A stretch of 64,000 bases of DNA from the human T2T-CHM13v2.0 reference genome, Homo sapiens, in the NCBI RefSeq assembly GCF_009914755.1, contig NC_060943.1. The stretch is one strand, 5' to 3'. The notes beneath the pieces were generated by a model, which saw only the letters and a program-made list of their open reading frames with translations, was not told the origin of the DNA and ran no database searches. Positions 13,795-27,879 of this stretch are shown here, piece by piece (within the stretch, counting starts at the first letter, position 1; each line of letters starts with the position of its first letter). Both the position numbers and the translations under genes were made by a program.

Positions 13795-16700
13795 TTTTTC
13801 TTTTAAATTTTAGATTCAAGGGCACAGATGTGGGATTCTTGCAAGGACATATTGCATGATGCTAAGGTTTGGGTTTCTATTGATCCTGACACCCAAATAG
13901 TGAACACAGTACCTGTATTTTTCAGTTTTCGCACTGCTATAAATAACCACTTGAGACTGTGTAATTTATAAAGAAAAGAGGTTTAATTGACTCACAGTTC
14001 TGCATGACTGGGGAGGCCTCAGGAAACTTACAATCATGGAGGAAGGCGAAGGGGAAGCAAGTCACATCTTACATGGTGGCAGGAGAGGGAGAGAGAAAGA
14101 AGGAGAAGGAGAAAGAAGGAGGAGGAGGAGGAGGAGGTGGAGAAGGAGGAGGAGGAGGAGGCAGCAGCAGCACATACTTTTAAACAACCAGATCTTGTGA
14201 GGACACACTATCATGAGAACAGGAAAAGGGAAATCTGCCCCTATGATCCAACCACCTCCCACCAGTTCCCTCTCTTGACACATGGAGATTACAATTCCAC
14301 ATGAGATTTGGATGGGGACACAGAGCCAAACCATATCAGTACCCAATAGGTAGTTTTTCAACCCTTGCCCTCCTCCTTTTCTTCCACTTTCTGGAGTAAC
14401 CAGTGTCTATTGTTCTCATCTTTATGTCCATGTAAACCCAATGTTTAGCTCCCACTTATAAGTGAGAACATGCAATATATGCATTTCTATTTCTGCATTA
14501 GTTTGCTTAGGATAATGGCCTCCAGCTGCATTTATACTGCTGCAAAGGGGATGATTTCATTCTTTTTTATTGCTGTGTAATATTCCATGGTATATATGCA
14601 GTACATTTTCTTTATCCAGTCCACTACTGATAGGCACCTAGGTTGATTCCATGTCTTTCCTATTGTGAACAGTGCTGCAATGAACATACGAGTGCAGTTG
14701 TCTTTTAGGTAGAATGATTTCTTTTCCTTTAGGTATATACCCAATAATAGGACTGCTGGGTTGAATGATTGTTTTATATTTAGTCCTTTGAGAAATCTCT
14801 AAACTGTTTCCCAAAGTGGCCAAACATTCCTACCAACAGTGGATAAATGTTCTCTCTCTTTTTTTTTTTTTTGCAACCATGTAGGCTGCTTTGGGAAGTA
14901 TGGCTATTTTAATGATATCCACTTTTCCAATCCATGAGTATGGAATGTTTTCCATTTGTTTGTGTCATTTATGCTTTCTTTCAGCAATGTTTTGTAATTC
15001 TCCTTGCAGAGCTCTTTCACCTTCTTGGTTAGATATATTACTAGGTATTTTTTTGTGTGTGGCTATTGTAAATAAGATTTCAGTCTTTACTTGGTAATCG
15101 GCTTGAACATTATTAGTGTAGAGATATGTTACTGATGTTTGTATGTTGATTTTGTGTCCTGAAACTTTACTGAAGTCATTTATTGGGTCTAGAGTCTTTG
15201 GGCTTTTGGTGGAGTCTTTGGGCTTTTTTAGGTGCAGGATTATATAATCAGTAAAGAGAGAAAACATGACTACTTCTTTTCCTATTTTAATGCCTTTTAC
15301 TTCTTGCTCTTTCCTTATTGCTCTGGCTAGGACATCCAGTACTGTGTTGAATAAAAGTGGTGAAACTGAATATCCTTGTTGTGTTCCAGTTCCTAGGGGA
15401 AATGGCCCAGCTTTTGGCCATTCAATATGATGTTGGCTGTTGCTTTATCATAGATGGCTCTTATTATTTTGATGCACGTTCCTTTTATGACTAGTTATTT
15501 GAGGGTTTTTATCATGAACAAATGCTGGATTTTATCGAATGCTTTTTCTGCATCTATTAGATAATCCTATAGTTTTTGTTTTTAATTCTGTTTATAAGTT
15601 GAATCACATTTATTAATTTGCATACATTAAACTAACTTTGCATTCCAGAAGTAAAGCCCATCTGATCATGTGTGAACTAAGTTTCTGATGTGCTGCTAAA
15701 TTTAGTTTGCTAGTATTCTGTTGGGGACTTTTGAATGTATGTTCATCAGGGATATTGGCCTGTAATTTTATTTTTCGGTTGTGTCTTTGCCAGATTTTGA
15801 TATCAGGATGATACTGGTTTCATGGAATGTTTTAGGAAAGAATCCCTCCTCTTCAATTTTGTTTGAATAGTTTCAGTGGGATTGGTACTAGCTGTTTTTT
15901 ATGTGTCTGGTAGAATTCAGCTGTAGTCCAGGGCTTTTTTTGGTGAGTAGTTGTTTTTGTTTGTTTGTTGTTCTTGTTTGTTTGGTAGTGAGTTTATTTC
16001 CATGTTTAGATCTTCATTAAGCATCTCTTGTAGGCCTGGTCTGGTGGTGATAGATTCCCTCAGCTATTGTTTTTCTGGGAAAGACTTTACTTCTGCTTTA
16101 TGAAGCTTAGTTTGTCAGCATATAAAATTCTTGGCTGGCATTTCTTTTCTTTAAGGATGCTAAATATGGGCCTCAATCTATTCTGGCTTGCAAGGTTTTT
16201 GCTGAGAAGTCTGCTGTTCATCTGCTGGGTTTCCCCTCATAGTTAACATGACCCTTTTCTTTAGCTGACTTTAAGATTTTTTTCTTTCACACTGACCTTG
16301 GATAGTCTGACTACGCGCCTTGGGGATAGGTGTCTTTTATAGTTATCTTGCAGGAGTTCTCTGGATTTCTTATATCTGCAGGTTGACCTCTACAGAAAAG
16401 TTGGGGAAACTTCCCTGAATTATATTCTCAAATATATTCTCCAAGCTGCTTACTTTCTCTTCTTCTCTCTCAAGAGTGCCAATATGTCTTAGATTTTTAT
16501 TGCTTTACATAATCTCATGTTTCTCAAAAGCTTTGTTCATTAAACATTTTTTGTCTTTATTTTTGTTGGGGTTGATTCAAAGAACCAATCTTTGAACTCT
16601 GAGATTCTTTCATCTGCTTGGTCTATCCTGTTGCTAAGGTTTTCAGTGTATTTTGAAGTTCCTGTAGTGAATTTTTAAAATTTTCAATTCCAAAAGTTCT

Positions 16701-18412
16701 GTTTATTTCATAACATAATTATGTTGTCTTTCAAATCCTGAATCACTTTTCTGTTTCCTTTGTGTTGGATTTCAACTTTCTCTTAGATCTTGTTGAGTTT
16801 CTTTGCCACTCACACTCTGAATTATATTTCTGTCATTTCAGACATTTCTTTTTGGTTAGAATCCACTTCTTGGGAGCTAGTAAGATACTTTGGAGGTGAC
16901 AAAACACTCTGGCTTTTTGTATTACTGGAGTTATTGTGCTGATTTCTTCTCATCTGAGAAAGTTGACACTTTATTTTTCAAATGTGCTACCATTTGGATG
17001 GGGCATTTTGATTTCTTATTGTTTTTTCCTTTGAGAATTTGACTGTGGTTTATGTTGTGTATGATCAATTGGCTTTATGTCTGAGAGCTATCAGAGGGCC
17101 TGGGTTCCTTGGTTGCAGACAGATTCATATGGTGGCTTTCTAGGAAACTGCTTGGTGTAGCAATGTGTTTTCATTTGGTGCTATAATTCAGACTGCAGTC
17201 AAGTCGATGGCACTTCAGGGCAAGAGCCAGCAGGAGGGTCTCACTTTGCCTGTGCTCACCCTCAGCAGGGGTGGAGGCAATAGAGACATACGAGAGCACC
17301 CTCCCCCAGCACTGCTGTTCTTCAGCAGAAGTAGAGGCCCTTGAGAAGCTCGAGAAGTGCCTCTTTCAGCCCACGCTTCCCGGGACCCAACAGGAAGATC
17401 TATGGCTGCATCCACAGCAAGGCACTGAGGAGAAACAGGGGCAATTAGACGACCTCCTCTCCAAGTTTGTTTGTAGGCTTTGGTGTTACCCCCTCCAGTG
17501 GTTGGCACTGCGCTTCCATTTCCTTTGACCCAAGGGAAGCTTTGACAGGCTGTGTTCTTACTTCCCTTAAAGGCTGTCCTCACCAAGGGTTAGGTCTCCA
17601 GCGCAGGTGTGCGGGGCAGGTAAGGGGGAGGGTGCCTCCCTTCCACTCCTCAAAGTTGGTGGGTCACACTTTGCCAGCTGATCAAGGGAGCAAACTGGGG
17701 CACCCAGCAAGGATACACACTGACTGGTTCCAGATCGTAAAGCTGTCCTTGGCTGCAAGTCCTCCTGCTAAGGAGAAACCTCTTCTTCAGCACTTCTCCT
17801 GCGGCAGCCCCCTGTAACAAGAGAGTCTAATTTAACTGCCTGCTCCTGGAGTGGTCTCCACACTCACCACTCAATTCTGGCTGTGGGGGCCCTTCCCCTG
17901 CTCCAGGGCAAATGGTCTACTCTCTGGCCTGAGACTAAAATGTCTGCAGAAGACATTATTGCCAGGTTGCCACACAATGACTGCCTTGGTATGAGCCCAG
18001 ATTAAAAATAGTATCATCCTCTCGGTCCCAAGTCTGGGAAAATGCCAGCAGCTTTTCCCAGTGTCTTCCCTCCCTCCATCTCTCAGCCTCCCCCAAGCTA
18101 GCTCCGGGGCTTGAGAAAAAAGGGGTGCTCTGTCTTGGCCTGGGTTGCACAGACCCCTAGCAGAAGGATGAGACACAGAGGGAGACAGGCTGCCACCCTT
18201 GCAGACAAGGGCTTTACTCACTGGTCAGCCAAATGCTGTCATGGAAGCTGCTTGTGCGTCTTTCCCTCCCCAGAGTCTGGTGTGTCCTTCACTAGTCTGG
18301 TGAATTCCTGTCTTCCTTCTTGAGTGAAAATTCACAGAGTTGATCTTTAAGCACTATTTTTCTATTTCCCTGTGGCTGTGGCATGCGGAAAGCCTCTCAT
18401 CTGCCATCTTCA
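13795..18412 (-). mobile_element. Old L1 (L1PB/L1PA16-like) with 5'UTR, ORF1, internally deleted ORF2 and 3'UTR
   Basis: ORFs 14532-14744 and 14965-15267 are ORF2-like (SLFTDYIILHL). ORF1-like sequence at 16.0-16.9 kb and GC-richer 5'UTR up to AAGATGGC at ~18410. Jumps at ~14870 and ~15960. Confidence 0.85.
13914..14338 (-). mobile_element. MaLR solo LTR (MSTA-like) with an internal (GGA)n expansion
   Basis: TG...CA termini. 5-bp TSD GTACC at 13909-13913 and 14339-14343. Confidence 0.9.
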
Positions 18413-19168
18413 TCATTACCGGATTCTCTAATTTACTGCTTGTTTTCCCTTCCTTCCTTCCTTCCTTTGCATTCTCTTTTCATCACCAACATGGTCTCTA
18501 ACCCCTAGTGGACCTTTCAGATAGTGGTTTGCCTATGGTTCTTTTTATATATAACAATACAATGTCATTAGCCGAATAACTTGGGTTTAGAGTCTAGCAG
18601 CCAGGGCTGGGGCCATGCTGGCTGCTTCTGCCCAGATGCTTCCAGGAAGCAGATTCAACATTGACATCATTACCCGAGTCAGGGTCAGTGAAGGCTGATT
18701 GTATTGGTGACCCTCTTCCGCCTGCAAATATCTCAACAGCTTCCCTAAGAACAGGAACAGCCTTTCGGGTGGTAACTAACAGCGTGGCTAAGGGCTTTGA
18801 TTCCCTAGGAGACAAGTACTACTGTAAGTCATTATTGGACATTCATGTGAATCAATTTCAGAGAGCAAATATGGACCAGACAGACAGCACATATTCTGAA
18901 CAGCAGAGAAAGGGAAAGAGGGCCCCTGATTGTAGGAGGGGTCCCATTGGGGTAAGGCTTGTCTCTCTATCTGCAGCTGTATAGAGCTCCACATGGGCCC
19001 AGGGTGGGCCTGAGCACCTTCCATAAGAAAGAAAGGTAGCCCACAACTCCCATCGGCTTCAGGGAGAGAAGAGATACTAGCTCACTGCTACTGATTTGAG
19101 TATCTAGGGCTTCCCATAATGAAAACGAAACCAAAGAAAAGCCAGGCCCAAATCTTGGCATGTATTTT

Positions 19169-19183
19169 CCACTAGAGGGCAGC
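19169..19183 (+). promoter_or_regulatory. CTCF core motif
   Basis: CCACTAGAGGGCAGC closely matches the CTCF consensus CCASYAGRKGGCRS, in apparently unique sequence. Confidence 0.6.
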
Positions 19184-20175
19184 TTAAACTTTCAAAATAA
19201 AATAAATCTTGCACACTTTGTAAAGTACTATATATAAAATTTGTATGTACACATCATGTAAAACTAATGTTCATATTCTAGTCTTTGCAAGCCTGTACAA
19301 GCAGGTCAAGTGTTTAATTCCATATGTCTGAATGTATGTATCCTAGGAAACTAGTCTAGGATACAACTGAAAAATTCTGAAGAAAGTTAAGAAGAGAAGT
19401 GCCAATGCCCAGTGATCTGCCCTCTCAGTCCAAGTCCTGCCCTGCACGACCCAGTGTTTATGTTTTTATCAGGCCTATGGAGAGAACACAGGTCAGTGTG
19501 TCTGCTTCTAGCTATGATGAGGAACTGAAGTTAAATTTACCTTCCCACTATAAGGAACTAGAAAACCAGACAAAATATATGAAACAACAGTTTTTAAACA
19601 ATGATCACGGCAGGGCTGTGATCCCTAAGAGAAGACAAACAAAAGTTGTGAGTACTGTAATCCCCCTGGCTTTCTGCCTGCAGGCGCCTCTGGACTGCAG
19701 AACTGGAAGGGGGAGTTTCAACAGAGCACAGCATCTCACCGAGTTAGGGAAAGAGAGATCAGTTTGGAGAGACAGTAGTGGCTGGAATTTTTAAAAAGAA
19801 GAACCAAGAGAAAGAGCTGATTTCAAAAAGAGCTTGAGAAATGTTTAGAAGGTTGCCACTCTAGTCTGATTCTGAATACTGAGCCACATGTTACTAGGGT
19901 GAAACTGCATGGGCTGAGCCAAGAGTTAAACGATGACCACAACTCACACAGGGATGGGAGACATGGAGTTCAGACAAGCCAGAGCGGTGACCCCTCAAAG
20001 ACAACTATCTAAAGTATATAAAGCACTCACAGAACTCTGAAAACAACAAACAATGAAAGACAAATAGGCAAAAAACATAAATAGACATTTCACTGAAGAG
20101 GATATAAGGATGCCAAATAAGTACATGAAAAATGTTCAACTTCATTAACATAAGGGAAATGACAAATGAAACCTG

Positions 20176-20463
<288 letters not shown>

Positions 20464-20829
20464 CTAAAACCATAATGAGGTATTACTACACACATATCAG
20501 AATGATTAGAATAAAAATTAGCAGAAGTAGCATAATGCTGCGATACAGAGAAACTGGATTACTCAAACATTGCTGGTGAAATGTAAAATGGTACAAACAC
20601 TCTGGAAAATAGTTTGGTGCTTTCTAAAAAAAATGAAACATGTAAGTACCATAAGACACATAACTGTATTCCTGGGCATTTATCCCTGAGAAATGAAAAT
20701 TGTGTTTATACAATCACCTGTACACTAATGTTTATAGCAACATTAGTCATAATAGCCCTAAACTGGAAACAACCCAGACATCCTTCAATAGGTGAACTGT
20801 CAGACAAATTGTGATGCCTTCAAGCCATG

Positions 20830-21884
20830 TGTATAAATTAGACTTCTCCAGAGAAAGAGAATTAATATAAGATTATGTTGGTGGGACTGTAAACTAGTTC
20901 AACCATTGTGGAAGTCAGTGTGGCGATTCCTCAGGGATCTAGAACTAGAAACACCATTTGACCCAGCCATCCCTTTACTGGGTATATACCCAAAGGACTA
21001 TAAATCATGCTGCTATAAAGACACATGCACACGTATGTTTATTGCGGCACTATTCACAATAGCAAAGACTTGGAACCAACCCAAATGTCCAACAATGATA
21101 GACTGGATTAAGAAAATGTGGCACATATACACCATGGAATACTATGCAGCCATAAAACATGATGAGTTCATGTCCTTTGTAGGGACATAGATGAAATTGG
21201 AAATCATCACTCTCAGTAAACTATCGCAAGAACAAAAACTGAACACCACATATTCTCACTCATAGGTGGGAATTGAACAATGAGAACACATGGACACAGG
21301 AAGGGGAACATCACACTCTAGGGACTGTTGTGGGGTGGGGGGAGGTGGGAGGGATAGCTTTAGGAGATATACCTAATGCTAAATGACGAGTTAATGGGTG
21401 CAGCACAACAGCATGGCACATGTATACATATGTAACTAACCTGCACATTGTGCACATGTACCCTAAAACTTAAAGTATAATAATAATAAAATTTAAAAAA
21501 AAGATTATATATAGAGGGGGTGGGGGGAGAGAGAGAGAGAGAAGGGGGAAATTTTTAGAAATTGGCTCACACAATTGTAGGAGCTGGCATTTTTAAACTT
21601 TGTAGACCAAACAGGCAGACTGAAAACTCAGGTAGGAGTGGATGCTGAAGTCTTGAGGCAAAATTTCTTTTTCTTTGGAAAACTAGTCTTTTCTATTAAG
21701 GCCTTCAACTATTTATATGAGGCCCATGACATTATTGAGAGTAATATCTTTTACTTAAAATCAACTCATTATAGATGTTAACCATGTCTACAAAATACCT
21801 TCACAGCAACACCTATATTAGTGTTTAATTAAATAACTGGGTACTATGGCTTAATCATATTGACACTTAAAACTGACCATCACA
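20830..21884 (-). mobile_element. MLT2 (ERVL) LTR split by an L1PA insertion
   Basis: TGTA...TTCTCCAGAGAAA.../...GAAATTGGCTCACACAATT...AACTGACCATCACA. Flanks CCATG/CCATA. Confidence 0.75.
20878..21502 (+). mobile_element. 5'-truncated young L1PA (L1PA3/4-like) 3' end
   Basis: Near-consensus ORF2 end (ORF 20906-21190), 3'UTR and poly-A. AAGATTAT is repeated on both sides. Confidence 0.93.
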
Positions 21885-23474
21885 CCATATTCAGCAATTA
21901 AGAAGAGCAAACTATTGCTATACATAAGAAACTGGGCGACTCTCCAGTGAATTTTGCTGAGCAAAAAAGCCATTTCTAAAAGGTTACATACTGTATAATT
22001 CCATTTATATAACATTTTTGAAATGACAAAATTTTAGAAATAGAAGAGTAATTAGTGGTAGCCAGAGTGGGAGGAAGAGGTGGGAGTAGATAAGAAGAAA
22101 AAGAAGGAGGGTGTGTTTATGAAATTACAACATAAGGGATCCTTGTGATACTGGAACTGACCAGTATCTGAACTGTGGTGTTGAAGACATGAACTTATAC
22201 AGATTCTAAAATAATATAATACTTAATCCACACACACAATGAGCCCAGCAAAATTAGGGAAATTGGATTAAGGTCAGTAGATTATATCAATGTCAATATC
22301 CTGGTATAATAGATACTATATTATACTATATTATAGTGTATAATGAGCATAATTTTCATTTCTCAGGGATAAATGCCCAGGAGAACAGTTGTGGGTCACA
22401 TGGTAGTTACAGGTTTTATTTGTTAAGAAAGTGACAAACTACTTTTCAGTGTAGTTGTACCATTTTACACTTCCAGCAGCAATGTTGGAGTGATCCAGTT
22501 TCTCTGTATCCTTGGCAGCATAACACTATGCCACAACATAGTATCTGCTATACTGTATTATAGTATATTATATATATACTATAGTATAGTATATATTAAT
22601 GTATACTATATTATACTATACTTTTCAAATGTTACAACTGGAGGAAACAATGCAAAGTGAGCGGAAATCTCTATTATTTTTTAACATCAACTTTATTCTT
22701 ATAATTTACATAAATAAAATGCAGTCACTTTAAGTGTACACTTCAAAAGTTTCAACAAACATATACAATTGTACAATCATCACCACAACAAAGATATAAA
22801 ATATTTTCATCATCCCAAAAGAGTCCCTTGTGTCACTTCCCAGTCAACCGCCTTCTCCTAAAACCCCTGTTTCCAGCCCCTGGTAAACATTGATCTGCTA
22901 TCATTATAAATTTGTCTTTACTAGGTTTCATATATGTAGAATCATGGAGTGTGCATACTGTATAATTCCAACTACATGTCATTCTGGAAAAGGCAAAACT
23001 ATGGAGACAGTAAAAAGATCAGTGGTTGCTGAGAGTTACGGGCAGAGAGTGGGATGAATAGGCAGAGTAGAGAGGATTTTTAGAGTAGTGAAATTTTTTG
23101 TATGATGCTATAATACTGGATACATATAATTATAGTATACCTTCGTCAAAACCTATAGAATGTACAACATCAAGACTGAGCCCTAATATAAATTATAAAC
23201 TTTAGGTGATAATGATGTGGCAATGTAGGCTCAGTTGTAACAAACGTACCACTCTGGCAGACAATGTTGATAATGAGGGAGGCTGCGGAGGATGTATTAA
23301 TACAAGGGAACTATCTGTACTCTCCACTTAATTTTGCTCTAAAAAAAAAAGTATTTTTAAAAAGAAAAAGTAAGAAAAGCTCAGAGCCTACCAGACTCAT
23401 AAATGTTAGTGTTCTTCAGGGATGGCCTCACTTCTTTTATGTCTCTGTTCTTAAAAAAACTAGATAATTTTATC

Positions 23475-23998
23475 CAGTCAACCCAGCAATGTCCTTGTTG
23501 GGTATATGCCCAGAGCAACATACACTGTTCTACCAGAATGCATGCCCACACCAGCATTCACCATAGCAGAGACAGGGAATCAACCAAGGTGCCCATTAAT
23601 AGTGGACTGGATAAAGAAAATATGGTAAATATATACCATGCAATACTACACACCATAGAAAATAATGAAATTATATCCTTTGCCACTGGAGGCCATTATC
23701 CTTAGTGAAACAGTGTAGAAAGAGAAAACCAAATACCACATGTTTTCACATATAAGTGGGATCTGAACATTGAGTACACATGGACATAAAGATGGGAACA
23801 ACAGACGCTGGTTGCTACAAGAGGAGAGAGGGTTAGATGGGGGGCAAAGTTTTAAAAACTACCTATCAGGTACTATGCTCACTAACTAGGTGATGGTATT
23901 ATTCATATCCCAAACCTCAGTGACATGCAATTTACCCACGTAACAAACCTGCACACGTATCCCCTGAACCTAAAATAAAAGTTGAAGAAAAAAAGAAG
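23475..23998 (+). mobile_element. L1 3' end (L1PA15/16- or L1PB-like)
   Basis: 3'UTR ending CCCCTGAACCTAAAATAAAAGTT plus an A tail. Confidence 0.85.
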
Positions 23999-23999
23999 C

Positions 24000-26900
24000 C
24001 AAAAAGTGTGTTATTATTGAATAAAAGAAGAATTTTGAAATGACTTATAGCACTCTTTCCAAGTTTTGGTCCCCTGTGTTAGACCTTAAGGTATCAATAC
24101 GCTCTTAATATTATAAGAAGTTTTGATTTTTAACTCAGAGAAGTTCAACTTTTGTTGTGTCTTGCTGCTTTCAGCTTTCTATCCTCTTGAGAAGGCCTGA
24201 GAGGATAACTTTCTCTTTGTAACTTTTTCATCAGTGTTTGTAACTTTTTTTCCCCCTATAACTCTAAATGCTGTTGAGGCCTGATGCAAAAATATTTTAT
24301 CTTAAAGGTCTCAAAGGCAGTGGTTTCCTCCAGTATAACTTGATTCTGCACTCTTGTTTTTTCTTAATATATCTAAATTGTTTCATGAACAGGAAAACTT
24401 AACTCATGACTGGGAGTAATTTGAGTATTCTTTCCATCAGGTTTGAATTCCAGGTGATCTGAATAGGCTTCTCATAAGTGGAAGCCATCACTGCAGAGGG
24501 TCTTCCTTCGACTTTGGTAACTGGCCTAAGAAACAGATCTTATGTTTTATTGAGATAATTCCTACGTCATCATTATTAAATTTTTTATTTGCTTAGGAAA
24601 ACTGAGATTTAAAGAAAAATTAAGGCTTTTACACCTATATAACATTCTGTATTGATTTTAAAATCCTTGTGCTGTTAAGTTACAGGACTTTGACTCCTGG
24701 GTCTTGAAAAGGCACCAATTCCTGTTAAATCTTGAACATTTAAAATGCATTTGTGAGACACAGGGCCAGAAATTAAACTTATTCAATCTCTCTCAGCCCA
24801 GGGACTACTATGAAAGAGTTGGGCATGTAAGATTATAGGGGCTTATTTTGAGAGACAAAATTAGTTCAGAGTTTCTCTGTAAATTAAACATTTTTATCAA
24901 AAGCACATTGATGCAAGGTCAGCATATAGGTCCCTGTGTTGGAATAGCAAGGTTTCCTTGAGGCATTAATCTGCTCCTTAACTTAAAAAAAAAAAAAAAA
25001 AAAAAAAGCTTATAAAAGATTTATGGAAATTATATCTTATCAAGCTGACTAAAATTAGATTTGTTCATAAGGCTTATTTATATTAGCTTAAATATTAGTA
25101 ATACATTATATGAAGGTAAATTTTAATTTTTAGTTTTCTCTTTTGAACAAAACGTTTGTGTAATATTAAGAAATAGTAAAATGTTTTTGTTTGCCCTTTG
25201 AGTAAACTACAAAAAAAAAAAAAAAAGAAAAAAAAAAACAAGAAGGGGGAGAGAGAGAGACAGACCCAGCTGGCCTCATGGTGTCTTTATTAGACCTTAT
25301 TATTTGGGAACCTGAGTCTCTTCTATGTTAAGAGTAAAAGTTTCTGCCTTTTTGAAATTTTTGAGTTATCACTTTGGCTAACTGAATAACTTATTTTCAG
25401 TAACATATAATGCCATTTTGCAATTTTAAGTGTTTTAAACCTTTGTTATTTGACAAATGCTCCAAAATCAAATTCTAAATTCAGTCTTTTGGCCTTAAAC
25501 TAACTTTTTAGAAGTCCAGCAAAGACATATTTGTCTTATTTGGTATAATAAAATCATACAGGAAGCATTGTCAAATATACGAAGGTGTTTAACTTTCTTT
25601 GGGTTATATTTATATAAATGTCTTATTAGTATGTGCTTCAAAATCGTATGATTCCTACAGTTCTAATATGTTTGAGTATATGTTATCAGTAATAATTATA
25701 ATTATTATGTTAAATTGTTGTATGTTACAAAATAATCAAATTTCCTTGTCAATTGTATCTCTAACAATGACAGTTCTAAGATTTTGCCATCCACAAATAT
25801 TGTATTACTTTAATCCTTTTCAAAAAGTAGTTTTTAACTTCAGTGAGTGCTCTTAAACACAGGTTTCTGATAATTTTGGAGACTGTGTTGTTGGAATAGA
25901 AAAATATAACTTCCAGGACTCTAATTAAAAAGTTAATGTGTTCATGAGAATTGTCAACACAATATCAACTGGAATGAGTTAATTGGGCTTGATGGTTTGA
26001 AAAAATCTAACCTGAGATTTATTGTATTAAAATGTTCCAGTAAAGCCAATTTTAAAAAGAAGCCTATATGGAGGATAGTTTTTCTTGCTGGAATTTATGC
26101 AAATAATCAGGCCAAGTATAATAAAACTAAAACTTTTTTTTTTTCAAATAAATTAGTCCTGCTATGAGTTGTCTTTGGTAAAAATGGAGAACTGAAAGAG
26201 ACAAATTATCTTTCAAAAGAAACTATAGTATACGTGTTATTACATTCTAGTCTTGTTCACTGTTTTTTCAGTTTTTATTATTTTCTACAATTTGGACCAA
26301 ATCCTAAAGTTTTCCTGGCTACAAGTTTTCCAAACTAATGTTTTTAATTTTTTCCTTTCTTTTTTTTCCTCTAATTTGTCTAATTTGAAATCACCAGAAA
26401 TTAAAGCTGTGTTTTTCTCAAAGCACTGTGAACTGAAGCTAAACAACTTAGGAAGAAATAACAACCTATTTATATGTCCTAAATCAGTTTTCCAGGATTC
26501 TTTTCCCTTTTTGTTGTTATGATCTTTCCTCCCTCCTTTTTTTCCCCATTTTATTTCTCTGTTCTTCTCAATGGAATGTGAGAATTCACAACCTGAATGA
26601 GCCTTCCTAACAATGTGGACTTATCCATCTAGGAATGAACTATCCTAGTGGTGAGAGATCAGACAAAACCCAATACCACAGATTCATTTTCATCTAAAAT
26701 ACTTTCTTTGAAAGATCCTTTTAAATAGGGGGAAAGTGATAAAGAAAAACTAGAATGTCGGAACCCCAAATTAATTATGCCAAAAGGGAAAAGTTAGAGC
26801 CTAGAAGCTGAGTTATTAAAAACAAAACAAAACAAAAAACTGCCTTTCCTTTTGTTCCTAAACCGGTTGCTACAGATAGAATGCCACATGTCTCCACAAA

Positions 26901-27370
26901 GGGCCTCCCTCATCCTGACAATGTAAATTAACAGCTTATCTTCATGGACACAAAACAAGAGGAGACTGGAAACCGTCCCACCACCCACCCCAAGACAAAT
27001 GCATACTTGACTGCTTCCTCTACTCAATGTTTACTTTATCTTATGTAAAGTGCACATTTACCGAACACGAGATGAATGCATAATTGACTTTTCCCTCTAC
27101 GTCCGCCTTTTCACGTGCAACAGGTGGATTCAGTTAACCTAACAGAAGCCTCACAAGAATGTGACCATATCCTTCTCTTTTCTTTCTTTCCCTTTTTCCC
27201 TTCTGCCACATTTACCCTTTAAATATTGAAGCCATCAAAACCTTCCTCAGAAAAAGCACAGGCCCCAGATCCTGTTGTAGCTTATGTCTCTTTTTCCCAG
27301 GTACATTGTCAACCTTGACAAAATACATCTCTAAAATGATAAAGACTCGCCTCATTTTTTCTGATACATA
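24000..27370 (+). mobile_element. Non-autonomous ERV1 (MER4-group) internal sequence plus 3' LTR (~26737-27370)
   Basis: AT-rich MER4-int-like sequence. Polypurine tract AAATAGGGGGAAAG sits immediately before TGATAAAG...GGAACCCCAAA...GCCAAAAGGGAAAAGTT (LTR start). Confidence 0.7.
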
Positions 27371-27879
27371 TGAAAAGAGGGTCTATATTTACATTAATCT
27401 CTGAGTGTTCTTGGCCTCATTGAAGACCCACTTCCAAAAATTAGACACCTTCTCAGAAATTGGGAGGAATATAATTTTTTGCTTCAATTCTCACCAAACT
27501 GCCCAGAAACCTCCTGACATCTTGGAATGTCTTTTAAGAATCCCAGCTATCCCAGTAACCATTTTCACATACAATACAGCTGGACTGGCTGGTTCATGAT
27601 GTAAATAGACCTGTTCTGTCACCCCTACTCCATCACTGCTGTCACACAGACATTCCTCCTCCCATTCTAAGGAAAGGTCTTTATAATGTGACAACACCTT
27701 CCTCAGGAAGTCTCCCAGTCCTTATTTCTGAGTGAGCCTCATATTTCATTATTTTTGGAGGATATTCCTGACCAGCTGGGGTGATGGTACCCTAGGAGAA
27801 GGTATCATTCCATACTAGTCTTGAGCTCAGAAGCAGATCCGGGAGGAATTGTCCCTTAAGCACTAAGGGTTTCTACTCT

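Noticed and set aside
18594-18815. Possible minus-strand exon (acceptor CTGTTCCTGTTCTTAG; KLLRYLQAEEGHQYNQPSLTLT)
   Set aside because: Weak donor, no recognisable homologue and no neighbouring exons; cannot be supported from sequence alone.
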